From Camelus dromedarius (lineage: Eukaryota), in assembly GCF_036321535.1 (NCBI RefSeq), contig NC_087437.1, positions 19,966,001-20,030,000 of the forward strand: a stretch of 64,000 bases of DNA, written 5' to 3'. Under the pieces are notes generated by a model, which saw only the letters and a program-made list of their open reading frames with translations, was not told where the DNA came from and searched no databases. The first letter of the stretch is position 1. Every line of letters begins with the position of its first letter. Positions 25,959-39,065 of the stretch are shown here, piece by piece. A program made the position numbers and the translations under genes.

Positions 25959-26929
25959 GATCTCCTGTGCAGTCTCATATCAGAGGGTCTGAGCAGTCCT
26001 GAGGTAAAGATGCCTGCTTAACTTTGATTAAACCAGCATTCCCCAAACTCACATGACTGTGAAATCTTTACCTGCTAATTCCTATTAGGCTGACTGCCTG
26101 TTTTCTATGTTCTGAGTGAGACATGAAGGAAAATGCTGACTCAAGACGACTGAAAAAGCAAGTCCACACTATAGTGAGAAGTACCAGGGTATGTTCTTCC
26201 ACCAAGGAGCCCGAACAAGGGCTACTTGCAAAGAGGGACTCCTCTCCTTGTGGCCTCACCACATCCTTACCCCACCCCACCAGGAGTCAGTCCTTGCAAG
26301 AGGTGGAGGGCAAGACTTGAGAACTAAATGCTAAACGTCCCTCCTCTTGTAGAGAAGTCTACAAATCACTGACTGGTGTTTGCTCTCTTTGGAATAAACT
26401 CCTAATTGATTTCTAAAGATTGCTGTTTGCAAATTAAATTACACTTCCCCTATACATTATATAAAGAAGCATAAACTAGTCACCTCTCCCAGGCATACCC
26501 CCTCCCCGGGTTCCTAGGGTGTGATTACATTACTTCAGTTGGACTGCTTCTGTTCAACTCCAGCTACACCAATTGCTTCTCTTGCTTGTTTAATTACCCA
26601 TGTCTTATTACAGAGACAATTTATTCTTTTAGAGCAGCATGAAGTTCAAATATTTTATGCAAGATGAATATGGCCACTGACATTTTTATTCCCTTTTCAA
26701 GTTCTCACACACAAAAATCACAATGAAAACTTTTCAAAACCTTTGTGACCAATATCGCAAAGTGTCAAAACCTCCATAAGGTGGTTGTTTTCAAAAAGGA
26801 AAGACTCTAAAGAATATGTTTCCTTCCACAACATTGCAAGGGATTTTATTGACTGATATTGACACAAGCTCATGAAGAACTTCCCCTGGGTGTGAAAATG
26901 TCTTTGGAAACACGTTGGGAATGAACTGT

Positions 26930-27610
26930 AGACACTTAACTGAGTCTCCAGAGCATGATGCTGAGTGAAAAAGCCAATCCCAGAAGGCTACAACTGCATG
27001 ATTCCATTTATATAACATTTTTGAATTGCAAAATTATTGAAATGGAGAGCACCTTAGTGGTTGCCAGGGATTAAGGAGGAGGTGAGGAAAGGAAGACGGC
27101 AGTTATGGCTATAAAAGGGTCACATGAGGGATCCTTGTGGTGCTGGAAAGGTTCTATATCTTGCCTGTAGAATCTTTGTCAGTATCCTGGTTGTGATATT
27201 ATACTATAGTTTTGCAAGGTGCTATTATTGGGAAAAACTCAGTAGAGAGTACACATGATTTCTTACAACTGCATGTGAATCTATAATTATCTCAAAATAG
27301 AAAGCTTAATTTAAAAAGCACATTGGAATATATACATGTATATGTATGACTCAAACATTATGCTGTATGCCAGGAATTGACACAATGTTTTAAACTGACT
27401 ATACTTCAATTTTGAAAAAAGGCAAAAATAAGTAAAAAGAGTACATTAGAAAATAAGATGGATTGATGATGAGATAGATGTGTAGATATGTGATGAAGGT
27501 GGATTCAGGGTACAGTTGGGTATTGTACAAATGACTGTGGATATCCACTGTACAGTTCTTTCAACTTTTTTCCATGTTCAAAAATTTTCATCATGATATG
27601 TTGAAAAAAC
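26930..27610 (+). mobile_element. Old L1 (L1MC/ME-type) 3' end with a younger L1 3' tip nested at about 27329-27433
   Basis: ATGCTGAGTGAAAAGCCAATCCCAGAAGGCTACA...TGATTCCATTTATATAACATT is an old L1 3'UTR. The nested piece has TAAACTGACTATACTTCAAT and a degenerate TSD AAAAGCACATTGGAA / AAGAGTACATTAGAA. Confidence 0.7.
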
Positions 27611-28212
27611 ATTGGAAATGAGAGCAATGGGCTAATGGAGAACAGGTAGAGGACAAGATTCAAGTACACAGTGCTCAACATCAAAGCAGACCATGTGTCT
27701 CCCTGCATAGAGAGAAGAACACGCGCCCATTCTGTATGTAAAGGAGGAAGGAAGGAGGTCCCTGAGGCAAGACACTGGGGGTTCAGATCATAGAGGCTTC
27801 TCCTTGGTCCTCCCAATAGCCAGAGAAGGAGGCCTCAGCCCCACCGTGGAGCTGTGCAGGATGAATTCTGCAGAGCAGAGCCATGAACCTTGGCATGAGT
27901 TCCAGGAGTGCAGGTATCTGGATAGCCCCAGGCAGGAGCCAGCTACCCAGGGTACCCAGGAGCTAAAGATGCATATAGGAGCAAATCATGATAATGTGTA
28001 TTTGTAAATGTATAAAGACAATTGGTCAAAATTGAGTTCCAACTGCCTGCCAACAATGGGCATGCTCTTGCTTCATAATCAAAGTAATAAAGTCCAGCAA
28101 TGGTCCACTGGTCCACTCGGTATCTCTGTTCGAACTCAGCCACTCACAGGCTGGAGCTATTGAAGGGTCTGAGATGTCACCTCTCCACATTCTAGCGGCC
28201 ACATGACCCAGT

Positions 28213-31200
28213 TTCCATAGGTTACCTTTCACTCTGCTGATTGTTTCCTTTGCCACACAAAAGCTTTTTAGTTTAGGGTAGTCCTACTTGTCTAACTTTT
28301 CTTTTGTTGCCTGTGCTTTTGGTGTTGTATGTGAGAAATCATTGTGAAGAGCCGTGTTGTGAAGCTATTCCCCTACATTTTCTTCTAGGAGTTTTATAAT
28401 TTCTGGTCTTATGTTTAAGTTTTTAATACATTTTGAGTTGATTTTGTTTATTGTGTAAGGTAAGGGTCCAATTATTTGTGAGTGCATGTGGATATCCAGT
28501 TTTTCCAGCACCATTTGTTGAAGAGACTATTCTTTCCCTATTTTCTAGTCTTGGCACCCTTGTCAAAGATCCTTTGATTACATATGCATAAGTTATTTCT
28601 GGGCTCTTTCTTCTGTTTCACTCCCTATTTATCGGCTCTGTCTCTCTCCCTATATATATATCTGTCTTTATGATAGTACAATTCAATTTTGATTGCTGTA
28701 GCATCATAATGCTTTGAAGTCAGGAAGTGTGAAGCTTCCAGCTTTTTCTTCTTTCTCAAGATTATTTTGACTATTCAGGGTCTTTTATGGTTCCATATGA
28801 ATTTTAGGACTTTTTTCTATTTTTGCAAAAAAAAAAAATTGAAATTTTAATAGAGACTGTATTGAATCCACAGATTGCCTAAATAGTATAGACATTTTAA
28901 TAGTAAGTCTTCCAATCCATGAATACCGGATGTCTTTCCATTTGTTTGTGTCTTCCTTACTTTCTCTCATCAGTGTTTTGTTGTTTTTAGTGTTCCAATC
29001 TTTCACTTCCTCAATTAACTCCTCAGCATTTTATTCTTTTTGGTGCTATCGTAAATGGGATTGTTTACTCAATTTTCTTTTCAGATAGTTTATTGTTAGT
29101 GTATAGAAACACAAATGATATTTGCATATTGATTTGTATCCTGCAAATTTACTGAATTTGTTTATTAATTCTAACAGTCTTTTGTGGAATAATTAGGGCT
29201 TTCTATACATAAGACCATGCTGTTTGCAAATAGGGACGATTCTACTTCTGCCTATCAGCTTTGGATGCCTTTTATTCACTTTTCTTACCTAATTGCCCTG
29301 GCTAGGACTTCCAATACTGCACTGAATAGAAGTGGTGAGAGTGGGCATCCTTGTCTTGCTCCTGATCTTAGAGAAGAAGCTGTCAGGTTTTTTGCCTTTG
29401 ATTATGATGTTAGTTGTGGTATTTTCATATATGGCCTTTATTATGTTGAGTAATTTCCTTCTATTCCTAGTTTGTTGAGTGTTTTACCATGAAAAGATGT
29501 TGAATTTTTTCAAATGCTTTTCCTGCATCTATTGAGACGATTCATGTGATTTTTTTTATACTTCATTCTGTTAAAGTGGTATCTCATCTATTGACTTTAA
29601 TGTGTTGAAACATCCCTGCATCCCAGGATAAATCTCTCTTGGGTTTCGTGTATGATCTTTTTAATGTGTTGCTGAATTCAATTTGCCAGTATATTGTTGA
29701 GGATTTTTGCATTTATATTCATCAGAGATATTGGCCTGTAGTTTTCTTTTCTTGTAGTGTCTTTGTCTGACTTTCATATCAGGATAATGCTAGCCTCAAA
29801 AAATGAGTTTGGAAGTGTTCCGTCTTTTTCAATTTTTGGAAACGTTTGAGAAGGATTGGCATAAATTCTTCTTTAAACGTTTGGGAGAATTCTCGAGTGA
29901 AGCCATCTTGTGATTTTGTTTATTGGGAGGTTTTTGATTACTGGTTCAATCTCCTTACTACACAGGTCTGTTTATGTTATCTAGGTCTTCATAATTCAGT
30001 CTTGGTAGGTTGTATGTTTCTATAAATTTATCTATTTCTTCTAGGCTATCCCATTTTGGATGCATACTTATTTATAGCAGTCTCTTATTGTTTGTTTTAT
30101 TTCTGTGGCATCCGTTGAAATATCTCCTCTTTCAAATTTTGTTTGAGTCTTTTTTCTTCTTAGTCTAGCTAAAGGTTTGTCAGTTTTGTTGATCTTTTCA
30201 AAAAGCCAACTCTCAGTTTCATTGATTTTTTTTCTATTGCCTTTCTATTTTTTATTTCATTTATTTCTGTACTGATCTCTAATATTTCCTTCTGTCTTCT
30301 AGCTTTGGGCTTAGTCTTCTTTTTCTAGTCCCTTGAAATGTAAATTTCTGTTGTTTATATGAGACTTTTCTTCTTTTTTTAATGTTATGTGTTTACTATT
30401 ACAACCTTCCCTGTTAGGACGGCTTTTGCTGCATCTTGTATGTTTTTGTGTGCTGTGTTTTTATTTTCGCTTGTCTCAAGATATTTTCTAATCTTCCTTT
30501 TCTCTTCTTTGGCCCACTGGTTGTTTAAGAGTGTGTTGTTTACTTTCCACATATTTGTGAATTATTCAGTCTTCTACTATTGATTTCTAGTTTTATTACA
30601 TTGTGGTCAGAAAAGATACTTGGTATGACTTCAGTCTTCTTAAATTTGTTAAGACTTTTTATGATATAAAACAATATATCCTGGAGAATGTTTTGTGTGC
30701 ATTTGAGAATATGTAATCTGCTTCTGTTGGATGGAGTGTTCTTTATATGTGTGTTAGGCCCCCCTTGGTCTATAATGTTGTTCGAGTCTGCTGTTTCTTT
30801 ATTGATCTTCTGTCTGGATGTTCTATTCATTATCTAAAGGAGGGTATTGAAGTCTCCTACTATTATTGTCTTACTGTCTATTTCTTCCTTCAATTCTGTC
30901 AATGTTTGCTTCATATATTTGAGTGCTCTGTTTTTGGGTTCATATATATTTATAATTGTTATATCCTCTCTATGAATTGCCCTTTTATCATTATATAATG
31001 TCCTTCTTTATCTCTTGTGACAGTTTTGATGTAAAGTCTATTTTGTCTGATGGAAGTATGGCCATCCTTGCTCTCTTTTGATTGACATTTATGTGGAATA
31101 TCTTTTTCCATCCTTTCATTTTCAGCCTCTATGGGTCCTTAAATCTAAAGTGAATCTCTTGTAAACAGCATATAATGGGATCTTATTTGTTTTGTTTTGT

Positions 31201-31620
31201 TTTTAAACCATTCAGCCATTCTATGGCTTTATATTAGGGAGTTTAAATCATTTACATTTAAAGTAATTACTAATAGGGAAGGACTTGCTATTTTCTTCAT
31301 TGTTTTTCTGTCTGTCTTATAACAACTTTGTCCCTCTGTTTTTCTTTTGCAATCTTCCTTTGTGTTTTGTTGATTTTTTGTAGGGACATGCTTTGATTCC
31401 TTTCTCATTTTCTTTTGTGTATCCTCTGTAGGTATTTTCTTTGTGGTTACCATGGGGCATACATAAAACATCTTGGAGTTATAATAGCTGGTTTTGCACT
31501 CACTTGGGCTGCAGGATCCTTCTAACCGGCTTCTGGTTTTCTCACAAAGGGAATTCATTCATGTACTGTTGCTGGATCAGTGTCTTCATGGTAAAGGAGG
31601 GTTCCCATTTCACCATCTTG
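28213..31620 (-). mobile_element. Older L1 (L1MA-like): short 5'UTR, inter-ORF spacer and degraded ORF2; ORF1 and 3' end missing
   Basis: Endonuclease start LVITLNVNDLNS (about 31230-31280). ORF2 fragments NRTSRQKINKET, SIFSDHN.IKLEIN, KEDTNKWKDI.YSWIGR. L1 5'-end motif CAAGATGGTG at 31611-31620 (minus). Many frameshifts. Confidence 0.88.
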
Positions 31621-32742
31621 TTCTCTAACATCCTGAGTTGTCTTTCTTTAATAAAGCAAAAGCATACTTGTGCTCCTCATATGGTTATTCAAGAGAGCTG
31701 AAGATGATTCAGGCAGGTGAAGAAGTAGGTAAACAAGGAAATGAAGGAGGAAGTGGGGAAGTGGCCATGCTCTCTCTAGTCCCCTTGAAATACATACCCA
31801 CTATTGCCGTCGCCACAGATTCCTCTAGGGATCCTGTAGACCCAGCTTTCCAGCCTTTTCCTTATTAAGATCTTCTCTTACAAAAGCAGATTAAGCTCTT
31901 GCTCACTAAAAAGTAAAGCTCTAACAATGAAGAATTTCTTTCTGCCTTAGGGGGACATAGACATAGACTTCTGCTGGCTAGTTCTCTCATACTTGTGCTC
32001 TCTCTCATGATTGTCACTCTGAATAGGACGTGAGATGGGAGCTCAGTCAATTTTTTTTGATATACAACTTTTATAGAATCTATCACGCTATATTGAAATT
32101 ATTGCTTTCCCATCTGTCTTCTCTAATAGTCTGTGAGCAGCTTGAATTATGTGTCTGATTCATCTCCTTACCCACAGGGTAAGGCTCAGTAAAGTAAACA
32201 CGCATCCAGTGTTCTTGATGACTGGGATGGATAGATGGATGGATGGATGGATGGGGCACTGATGAAATATCAGGCCTCAGTGAACAGGGGCAGGAGTTAC
32301 TTTTGGCATTGATTTCTGATGTATGGAGCAATATATCCTGACAGCAGTGACATGAAGTAAATGTATTTCCTGGGAAAGTTACACATAGTGGTATAGGGTC
32401 ATCCAACAAGCAGGTAGCCCAAGTGCAAATGAATATGTCAAACCTGTGGGTATTTTAGACCTACCTATAATACCCTCAATGAATAGAGCTGGTCTAGTCC
32501 CAGAAGCATGCCGCAAACAGTAAATACAGCCATTTCAGAAACTGCCCTTGCATATCGGTAAGGGAATCCCTCCCAAACCACCCTCAGGATATTGTAGTCT
32601 CCCTGGAGTCTCAGGTGATGTGGACAAGGAGCCTTATAGTTTCTCAGGAGACTTCATTGGCAGGTCAGTTTGGGAATTCCTAAAGGCAATGAGATAGGTC
32701 AAACTTGGTTTTTAATAAAGAAGGGAAAGATTCAATTTTTGT

Positions 32743-35700
32743 CAATTTTTTTAACATTTTTATTGATTTATAATCATTTTACAATGTTGTGTCAAATTCC
32801 AATGTAGAGCACAATTTTTCAGTTATACATGAATATATATATATATTCATTGTCACATTTTTTTTCTCTGTGAGCTACCACAACATCTTGTATATATTTC
32901 CCTGTGCTATACAGTATAATCTTGTTTATCTGTTCTACATTTTGAAATCCCAGTCTGTCCCTTCCCACCCCCGGCCCCTTGGCAGCCACAAGTTTGTATT
33001 CTATGTCTATGAGTCTGTTTCTGTTTTGTATTTATGTTTTGTTTGTTTGTTTGTTTTAGATTCCACATATGAGCGATCTCATATGGTATTTTTCTTTCTC
33101 TTTCTGGCTTACTTCACTTAGAATGACATTCTCCAGGAACATCCATGTTGCTGCAAATGGCATTATGTTGTCGGTTTTTATGGCTGAGTAGTATTCCATT
33201 GTATAAATATACCACCTCTTCTTTATCCAGTCACCTGTTCATGGACATTTAGGCTGTTTCCATGTTTTGGCTATTGTAAATAGTGCTGCTATGAACATTG
33301 GGGTGCAGGTGTCATCCTGAAGTAGATTTCCTTCTGGATACAAGCCCAGGAGTGGGATTTCTGGGTCATATGGTAAGTCTATTCCTAGTCTTTTGAGGAA
33401 TCTCCACACTGTTTTCCATAGTGGCTGCACCAAACTGCATTCCCACCAGCAGTGTAGGAGGGTTCCCCTTTCTCCACAGCCTCTCCAGCATTTGTCATTT
33501 GTGGATTTTTGAATGATGGCCATTCTGACTGGTGTGAGGTGATACCTCATTGTAGTTTTGATTTGCATTTCTCTGATAATTAGTGATATTGAGCATTTTT
33601 TCATGTGCTTTTTGATCATTTGTATGTCTTCCTTGGAGAATTGCTTGTTTAGGTCTTCTGCCCATTTTTGGATTGGGTTGTTTATTTTTTTCTTATTGAG
33701 TCATATGAGCTGCTTATATATTCTGGAGATCAAGCCTTTGTCGGTTTCACTTGCAAAAATTTTCTCCCATTCTGTAGGTTTTCTTCTTGTTTTACTTCTG
33801 GTTTCCTTTGCTGTGCAGAAGCTTGTAAGTTTCATTAGGTCCCATTTGTTTATTCTTGCTTTTATTTCTTCTAGGAGAAAATTTTTTAAATGTATGTCAG
33901 ATAATGTTTTGCCTATGTTTTCCTCTAGGAGGTTTATTGTATCTTGTCTTATGTTTAAGTCTTTAATCCATTTTGAGTTGATTTTTGTATATGGTGTAAG
34001 GGAGTGTTCTAGCTTCATTGTTTTACATGCTGCTGTCCAGTTTTCCCAACACCATTTGCTGAAGAGACTGTCTTTATTCCATTGTATATTCTTGCATCCT
34101 TTGTCGAAGATGAGTTGACCAAAAGTTTTTGGGTTCATTTCTGGGCTCTCTATTCTGTTCCATTGGTCTATATGTCTGTTTTGGTACCAATACCATGCTG
34201 TCTTGATGACTGTAGCTCTATAGTATTGTCTGAAGTCTGGGAGAGTTATTCCTCCAGCCTCTTTCTTTCTCTTCAGTAATGCTTTGGCAATTCTAGGTCT
34301 TTGATGGTTCCATATAAATTTTATTATGATTTGTTCTAGTTCTGTGAAATATGTCCTGGGTAATTGGATAGGGATTGCATTAAATCTGTAGATTGCCTTG
34401 GGCAGTGTGACCATTTTAACAATATTGATTCTTCCAATCCAAGAGCATGGAATATCTTTCCATTTTTTAAAGTCTTCTTTAATTTCCTTCATCAATGGTT
34501 TATAGTTTTCTGTGTATAATTCTTTCACCTCCTTGGTTAGATTTATTCCCAGATATTTTATTACTTTGGGTGCTATTTTAAAGGGGATTGTTTCTTTACT
34601 TTCTTCTTCTGTTGATTTATCGTTAGTGTAAAGAAATGCAACTGATTTTTGAACGTTAATTTTGTAACCTGCTACCTTGCTGAATTCTTCGATCAGCTCT
34701 AGTAGCTTTTGTGTGGACCTTTTGGGGTTTTCTATATATAGTAACATGTCATCAGCATATAATGACACTTTTACCTCTTCTTTTCCAATTTGGATCCCTT
34801 TTATTTCTTTCTCTTGCCTGACTGCTGTGGCTAGGATTTCCAGGACTATGTTGAATAGGAGTGGTGATAGTGGGCATCCTTGTCTTGTCCCAGATTTTAG
34901 TGGGAAGCTTTTGAGTTTTTCACCGTTGAGTACTATGCTGGCTGTAGGTTTGTCATATATAGCTTTTATTATGTTGAGATATGTTCCCTCTATACCCACT
35001 TTGGCGAGAGTTTTTATCATAAATGGGTGTTGAATTTTATCAAATGCTTTTTCTGCATCGATTGAGATGATCATGTGGTTTTTGTCCTTTCTCTTGTTGA
35101 TGTGATGTATTACATTGATTGATTTGCGTATGTTGAACCAGCCTTGTGTCCCTGGGATGAACCCCACTTGGTCATGATGTATAATCTTTTTTATGTGTTG
35201 TTGGATTCTATTTGCTAAAATTTTGGTGAGGATTTTGGCGTCTATGTTCATCAGTGATATTGCCCTATAATTCTCTTTTTTTGTAGTGTCTTTGCCTGGT
35301 TTTGGTATCAGGGTGATGGTGGCTTCATAGAATGAGTTTGGGAGTATTCCTTCCTTTTCAATTGTCTGGAAGAGTTGGAGAAGGACTGGTATGAGTTTTT
35401 CTTTGTATGTTTGGTAGAACTCCCCAGTGAAGCTGTCCGGTCCTGGACTTTTATTTGTAGGGAGGTTTTTAATTGCTATTTCTATTTCCTTTCTAGTGAT
35501 CAGATTGTTCAAGTGTTCAGATTCTTCTTGATTCAGTTTTGGTGGACAGTATGTTTCCAGAAACTTGTCCATCTCCTCTAGGTTATCCAGTTTGGTTCCA
35601 TATAGTTTTTCATAATATTCTCATATGATATTCTGTATTTCTATTTTGTTTGTTGTATACCACAGCTTCTTTATCCAGTCATCTGTTGATGGACATTTAG

Positions 35701-36097
35701 GCTGTTTCCATGTCTTGGCTATTGTAAATAGTGCTGCTATGAACATTGGGGTGCAGGTGTCATTTTGAAGTAGGGTTCCTTCTGGATTTATGCCCAGGAG
35801 TGGGATTCCTGGGTCATACGGTAAGTCTATTCCTAGTCTTTTGAGGAATCTCCATACTGTTTTCCACAGTGGCTGCACCAAACTGCATTCCCACCAGCAG
35901 TGTAGGAGGGTTCCCTTTTCTCCACAGCCTCTCCAGCATTTGTCATTTGTGGATTTTTGAATGATGGCCATTCTGACTGGTGTGAGGTGATACCTCATTG
36001 TAGTTTTGATTTGCATTTCTCTGATAATTAGTGATATTGAGCATTTTTTCATGTGCCTATTGATCATTTGTATTTCTTCCTTGGAGAATTGCTTGTT
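32743..36097 (-). mobile_element. Young camelid-type L1, 5'-truncated and chimeric
   Basis: polyT and 3'UTR from 32743. ORF2 continues to 35655, then a second ORF2 C-terminal segment follows (35656-36097). Candidate TSD AATTTTTGT at 32734-32742 and 36098-36106. Confidence 0.95.
33056..35655 (-). pseudogene. L1 ORF2 remnant (Z, RT and Cys-rich domains; endonuclease absent)
   Basis: 623-aa ORF with [16 protein letters not shown] and LYADDM motifs. It continues in frame through nonsense codons at 33701-33703 and 33239-33241 to the natural TAA at 33056-33058. The CWRGC...HCWWEC zinc knuckle is present. Confidence 0.93.
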
Positions 36098-36371
36098 AAT
36101 TTTTGTAAGTCAACTTCTGTTTCTCCACAATGAAACATCTATAGTAGACCCCTCCTAATTCAGACCTTTCTCATCTCCCTAAAAATCAAATCCTATGGTG
36201 AGTATTAGGAAGGGAGATACTATCAAGAGATAGAAGGGACCATTATTAAGAAGCAATAAAGTTCTTGGCTTCTTTTGGGAGGCTCCCACTATCTTGGGTG
36301 ATGTCACCCAAGAGTCCTTCCCACTTGAAGTAAACACTCCCCTCCTGTCTTCAGAGTTGTTAACATCCTCC

Positions 36372-36836
36372 TGTTGACTGAAAAAAGTAATGCATAACCT
36401 AAAAGTTTAGAATTATCTTTTATTTGGCAGACTTTCTGAGGACTTCAAGCCCAGGAGATAGCCTCTCAGATAGCTCTGAGGGACTGTTCAGAAGAGGTAA
36501 GGGAGGAGCCAGGATATATGAGTTTTTGCAGCAAACACCAGGTAGTCAGAACATCAAAAGATTACTGTTAATTAAGGAAAACAAAGTATCTCAAGTTAAG
36601 AAATTTAACACTTTTTTTTGTAAGGACTTTTCTGTGTATGGGAAGATGCAAAAATCTGGACTCATTGAAATCATTCCTTTGATATACATGTTAGCCATCT
36701 AGGACCAGTATCCTATTCTATCCTATCCTTAGTCCCCTCAGGGTGCACCATTTGGGAGGTGGCTGCAGTGGCTGATGGCTTGATGGCTGCAGCATCCTTT
36801 GTTTACTGATACAGCCAGCATCATTCTTAGTCCACA
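36372..36836 (-). mobile_element. ERV1-class solo LTR (copy 2)
   Basis: TG...CA termini and 4-bp TSD CTCC/CTCT. Homologous to 8922-9421. Confidence 0.8.
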
Positions 36837-37402
36837 CTCTCTATCATCCAGCACTCCATGATTTCAAAAATCCCAACCTCCTAAACTCTAAATGCCTAAA
36901 TCTATTCCTGTCACAAAAGAGGGATTGAAAAAAGCATCATGATTAAAAAAAAAAGTTCAGACCATCTCATGAGCAGTGAATTAATCATCACAAAAATACG
37001 TTCTACAGGAAAACACAAAGGAAGACAAATTTAGGTCAAAACAAGTCTGAAATATCCCTAAGTGACTGTGCCCTTAAACTAGTTTACCCATTATAGCTCA
37101 TCTCAGATCTAGAAAGGTACTGCACACTGAGGTATTCAATAAAAGCCTGAATTTCTCTCAACTGGTCCCCAACTCAAGTTTCCTCCACATTCTGTCACTC
37201 AATTCTATTGTCTCTTCATTGTTAGTCTATTTTAGATAAAACTGAGAATCAATTCTAGGAGGTACCAGACTGTAAGATCCATCTGGGTAGGAATTGTAAT
37301 GTTTGAGCACATTTTTGAACCGCAACATCAAACACAGGGCCTGGGATGATACAGTCACTCCGTTAGCCTTTGCTGAATGAAAGGTTTCAGATTGATTCAA
37401 GT

Positions 37403-37670
37403 TGTGTAGTGTAGTGGTTAGGAGCACAGACTTGAGAGTCAGACTTCCTATGTTCAAATTCCAGATCTGCCATTCTCTAGCTGTGTGACCTTGGGCAAAT
37501 TTGTGGTTCAGTTTTCTTATTTGAAAAATGAGGATAATAATGGTCCTGGATGGTTGGTGCTGGGTATCATTGGATTATCATGAGAGGTAAATGAGTGAAA
37601 ATACTTTAAATGTTTATAACAGTGTCTAAAGCAAAGTACATACAAATAAATGTCATTTGTTTTATTATTG
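37403..37670 (+). mobile_element. MIR SINE, near full length
   Basis: GTAGTGGTTAGGAGCACAGACTTGAGAGTCAGAC...CTAGCTGTGTGACCTTGGGCAAAT...AATAAATGTCA. Confidence 0.85.
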
Positions 37671-37889
37671 AAAGCTGTAGTGTAACTTGGTGGGATAGAA
37701 GTACATAAGCTTCAAATTAAAAGACAAACTTGTTTCAATCCCACCTTCAAATCTTACTGCAAACTTAGTCAAGTTACTTTCCCCCTTGGATTCCCAGTTC
37801 TCTTATCTGTAAAATAAAAATGATCAGACCCAGCCATACGGGCGTTGGAAGCAATAGCGGAGATAATCCACGTACCATCCTTGACAAGA

Positions 37890-39065
37890 ATGTTATGCCA
37901 CTCGCTCCTGGTCCTCTTGCCCTCATCATGGGTGTCCTTTCCCTTCTCCCTCATGGTCTCCTGACTCTAATCATTCCTCCCTTGGGATCCCTCCTAGGTC
38001 TTCTGCTCTCATTCAATGCACTCTCTTTGTGTGATCTCCTCTCTGCCATGCCTTTGATCACAATCTCTGCAGGCTGATGTTCAAATACCTACCTTCTGCT
38101 CATTTCTTTCCCCTAAGTTCCAATCCCATATATGTACCTACTGAACATCTTCACTGGTCAGTTCCACAGACACTCAGAGTCAAAAGCAGATATCACTACC
38201 TCTCCTCCAAACCTGACCTTCCTACTGTACTGAATGTTGTAGTAAGTGATACCAACATCCACCTAGTTGCTCCGAAGAAACTTGAGTGTCTTTCACTCTC
38301 TGTTGCCACTGACAGTTCAACACTTACTAAGCTTTATCTGCTCCCCTTGTATAGTTCTTCCTTCTAATACTAGCCCCTCCTCTCTGACCCCTGTCACTGC
38401 CCAAGCTTCCTGATTAACCTCTCCTCTGTATTGCACCCTATCCCCAGCACTCTCCGCCAGTCCATCCATTCTCTGTTGTGAAACCTTAGTAAAATTTCTC
38501 TAGATTCTCAAAACAGAAATCCAGGCATTACTTCTTTACGATATAAAAGGCTTCAATGGACCTCATGGCCCTAAGAATGGAGCCCACCTCCTTCAGATGG
38601 TGCACAGGTCTTTGATAATCTGGCCCCAGAGTCTCTCTCACCCATGACCCCCATTCCCTTTTCAGACTCATTGTCTGGTTCCACACTCAGACTGCTCCTG
38701 TGCTTCCTCCTGCCTCTAGCCTTTGCAAATTGTTCACTCTGCCCCTCTTCCTTCACTTAGTTGACTCTACATCCTGCAAGCCTTCAAGTATCAACAGAGG
38801 CTTACCTTCTTCCAGAAAGCTTCTCTGATCCCCTTCTCCTGGTCTGGGTAAGGTGCACTCCTCCAAGCTCATGCAGTGCTCTGTGGCTATCTCCATGCTA
38901 GCTTGGACCACATGAGTGGGCTGCCTGTTTACATCTTCCTCCGCCATTGGGCTATGAACTCTGTGAGAACAGGGACAGTGCACAATTTATCCTGTGTTTA
39001 TTTATACTATGTGGCTTATAATAGTCATGCTGTATAGATAAATGAATAAAAAAGAATTGATGGAT
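37890..39065 (+). mobile_element. Long L2 fragment
   Basis: Pyrimidine-rich L2 3' half (CCTCCAAACCTG, CCTTTGCAAATTGTTCACTCTGCC, CCTTCTTCCAGAAAGCTTCTCTGAT, TATGAACTCTGTGAGAACAGGGAC) ending in ATGAATAAA. Confidence 0.75.

Noticed and set aside
33701..35572. Novel reverse-transcriptase system or active gene (623-aa ORF with YADD)
   Set aside because: Standard L1 ORF2, lacking the endonuclease domain and promoter and carrying two nonsense codons.
33558..35581. Plus-strand ORFs of 65-186 aa (also 63439-63819)
   Set aside because: Antisense shadows of L1 coding sequence.
8922..36836. A single 28-kb provirus bounded by two LTRs
   Set aside because: Each LTR has its own different TSD, and there is no gag/pol/env or primer-binding site between them.
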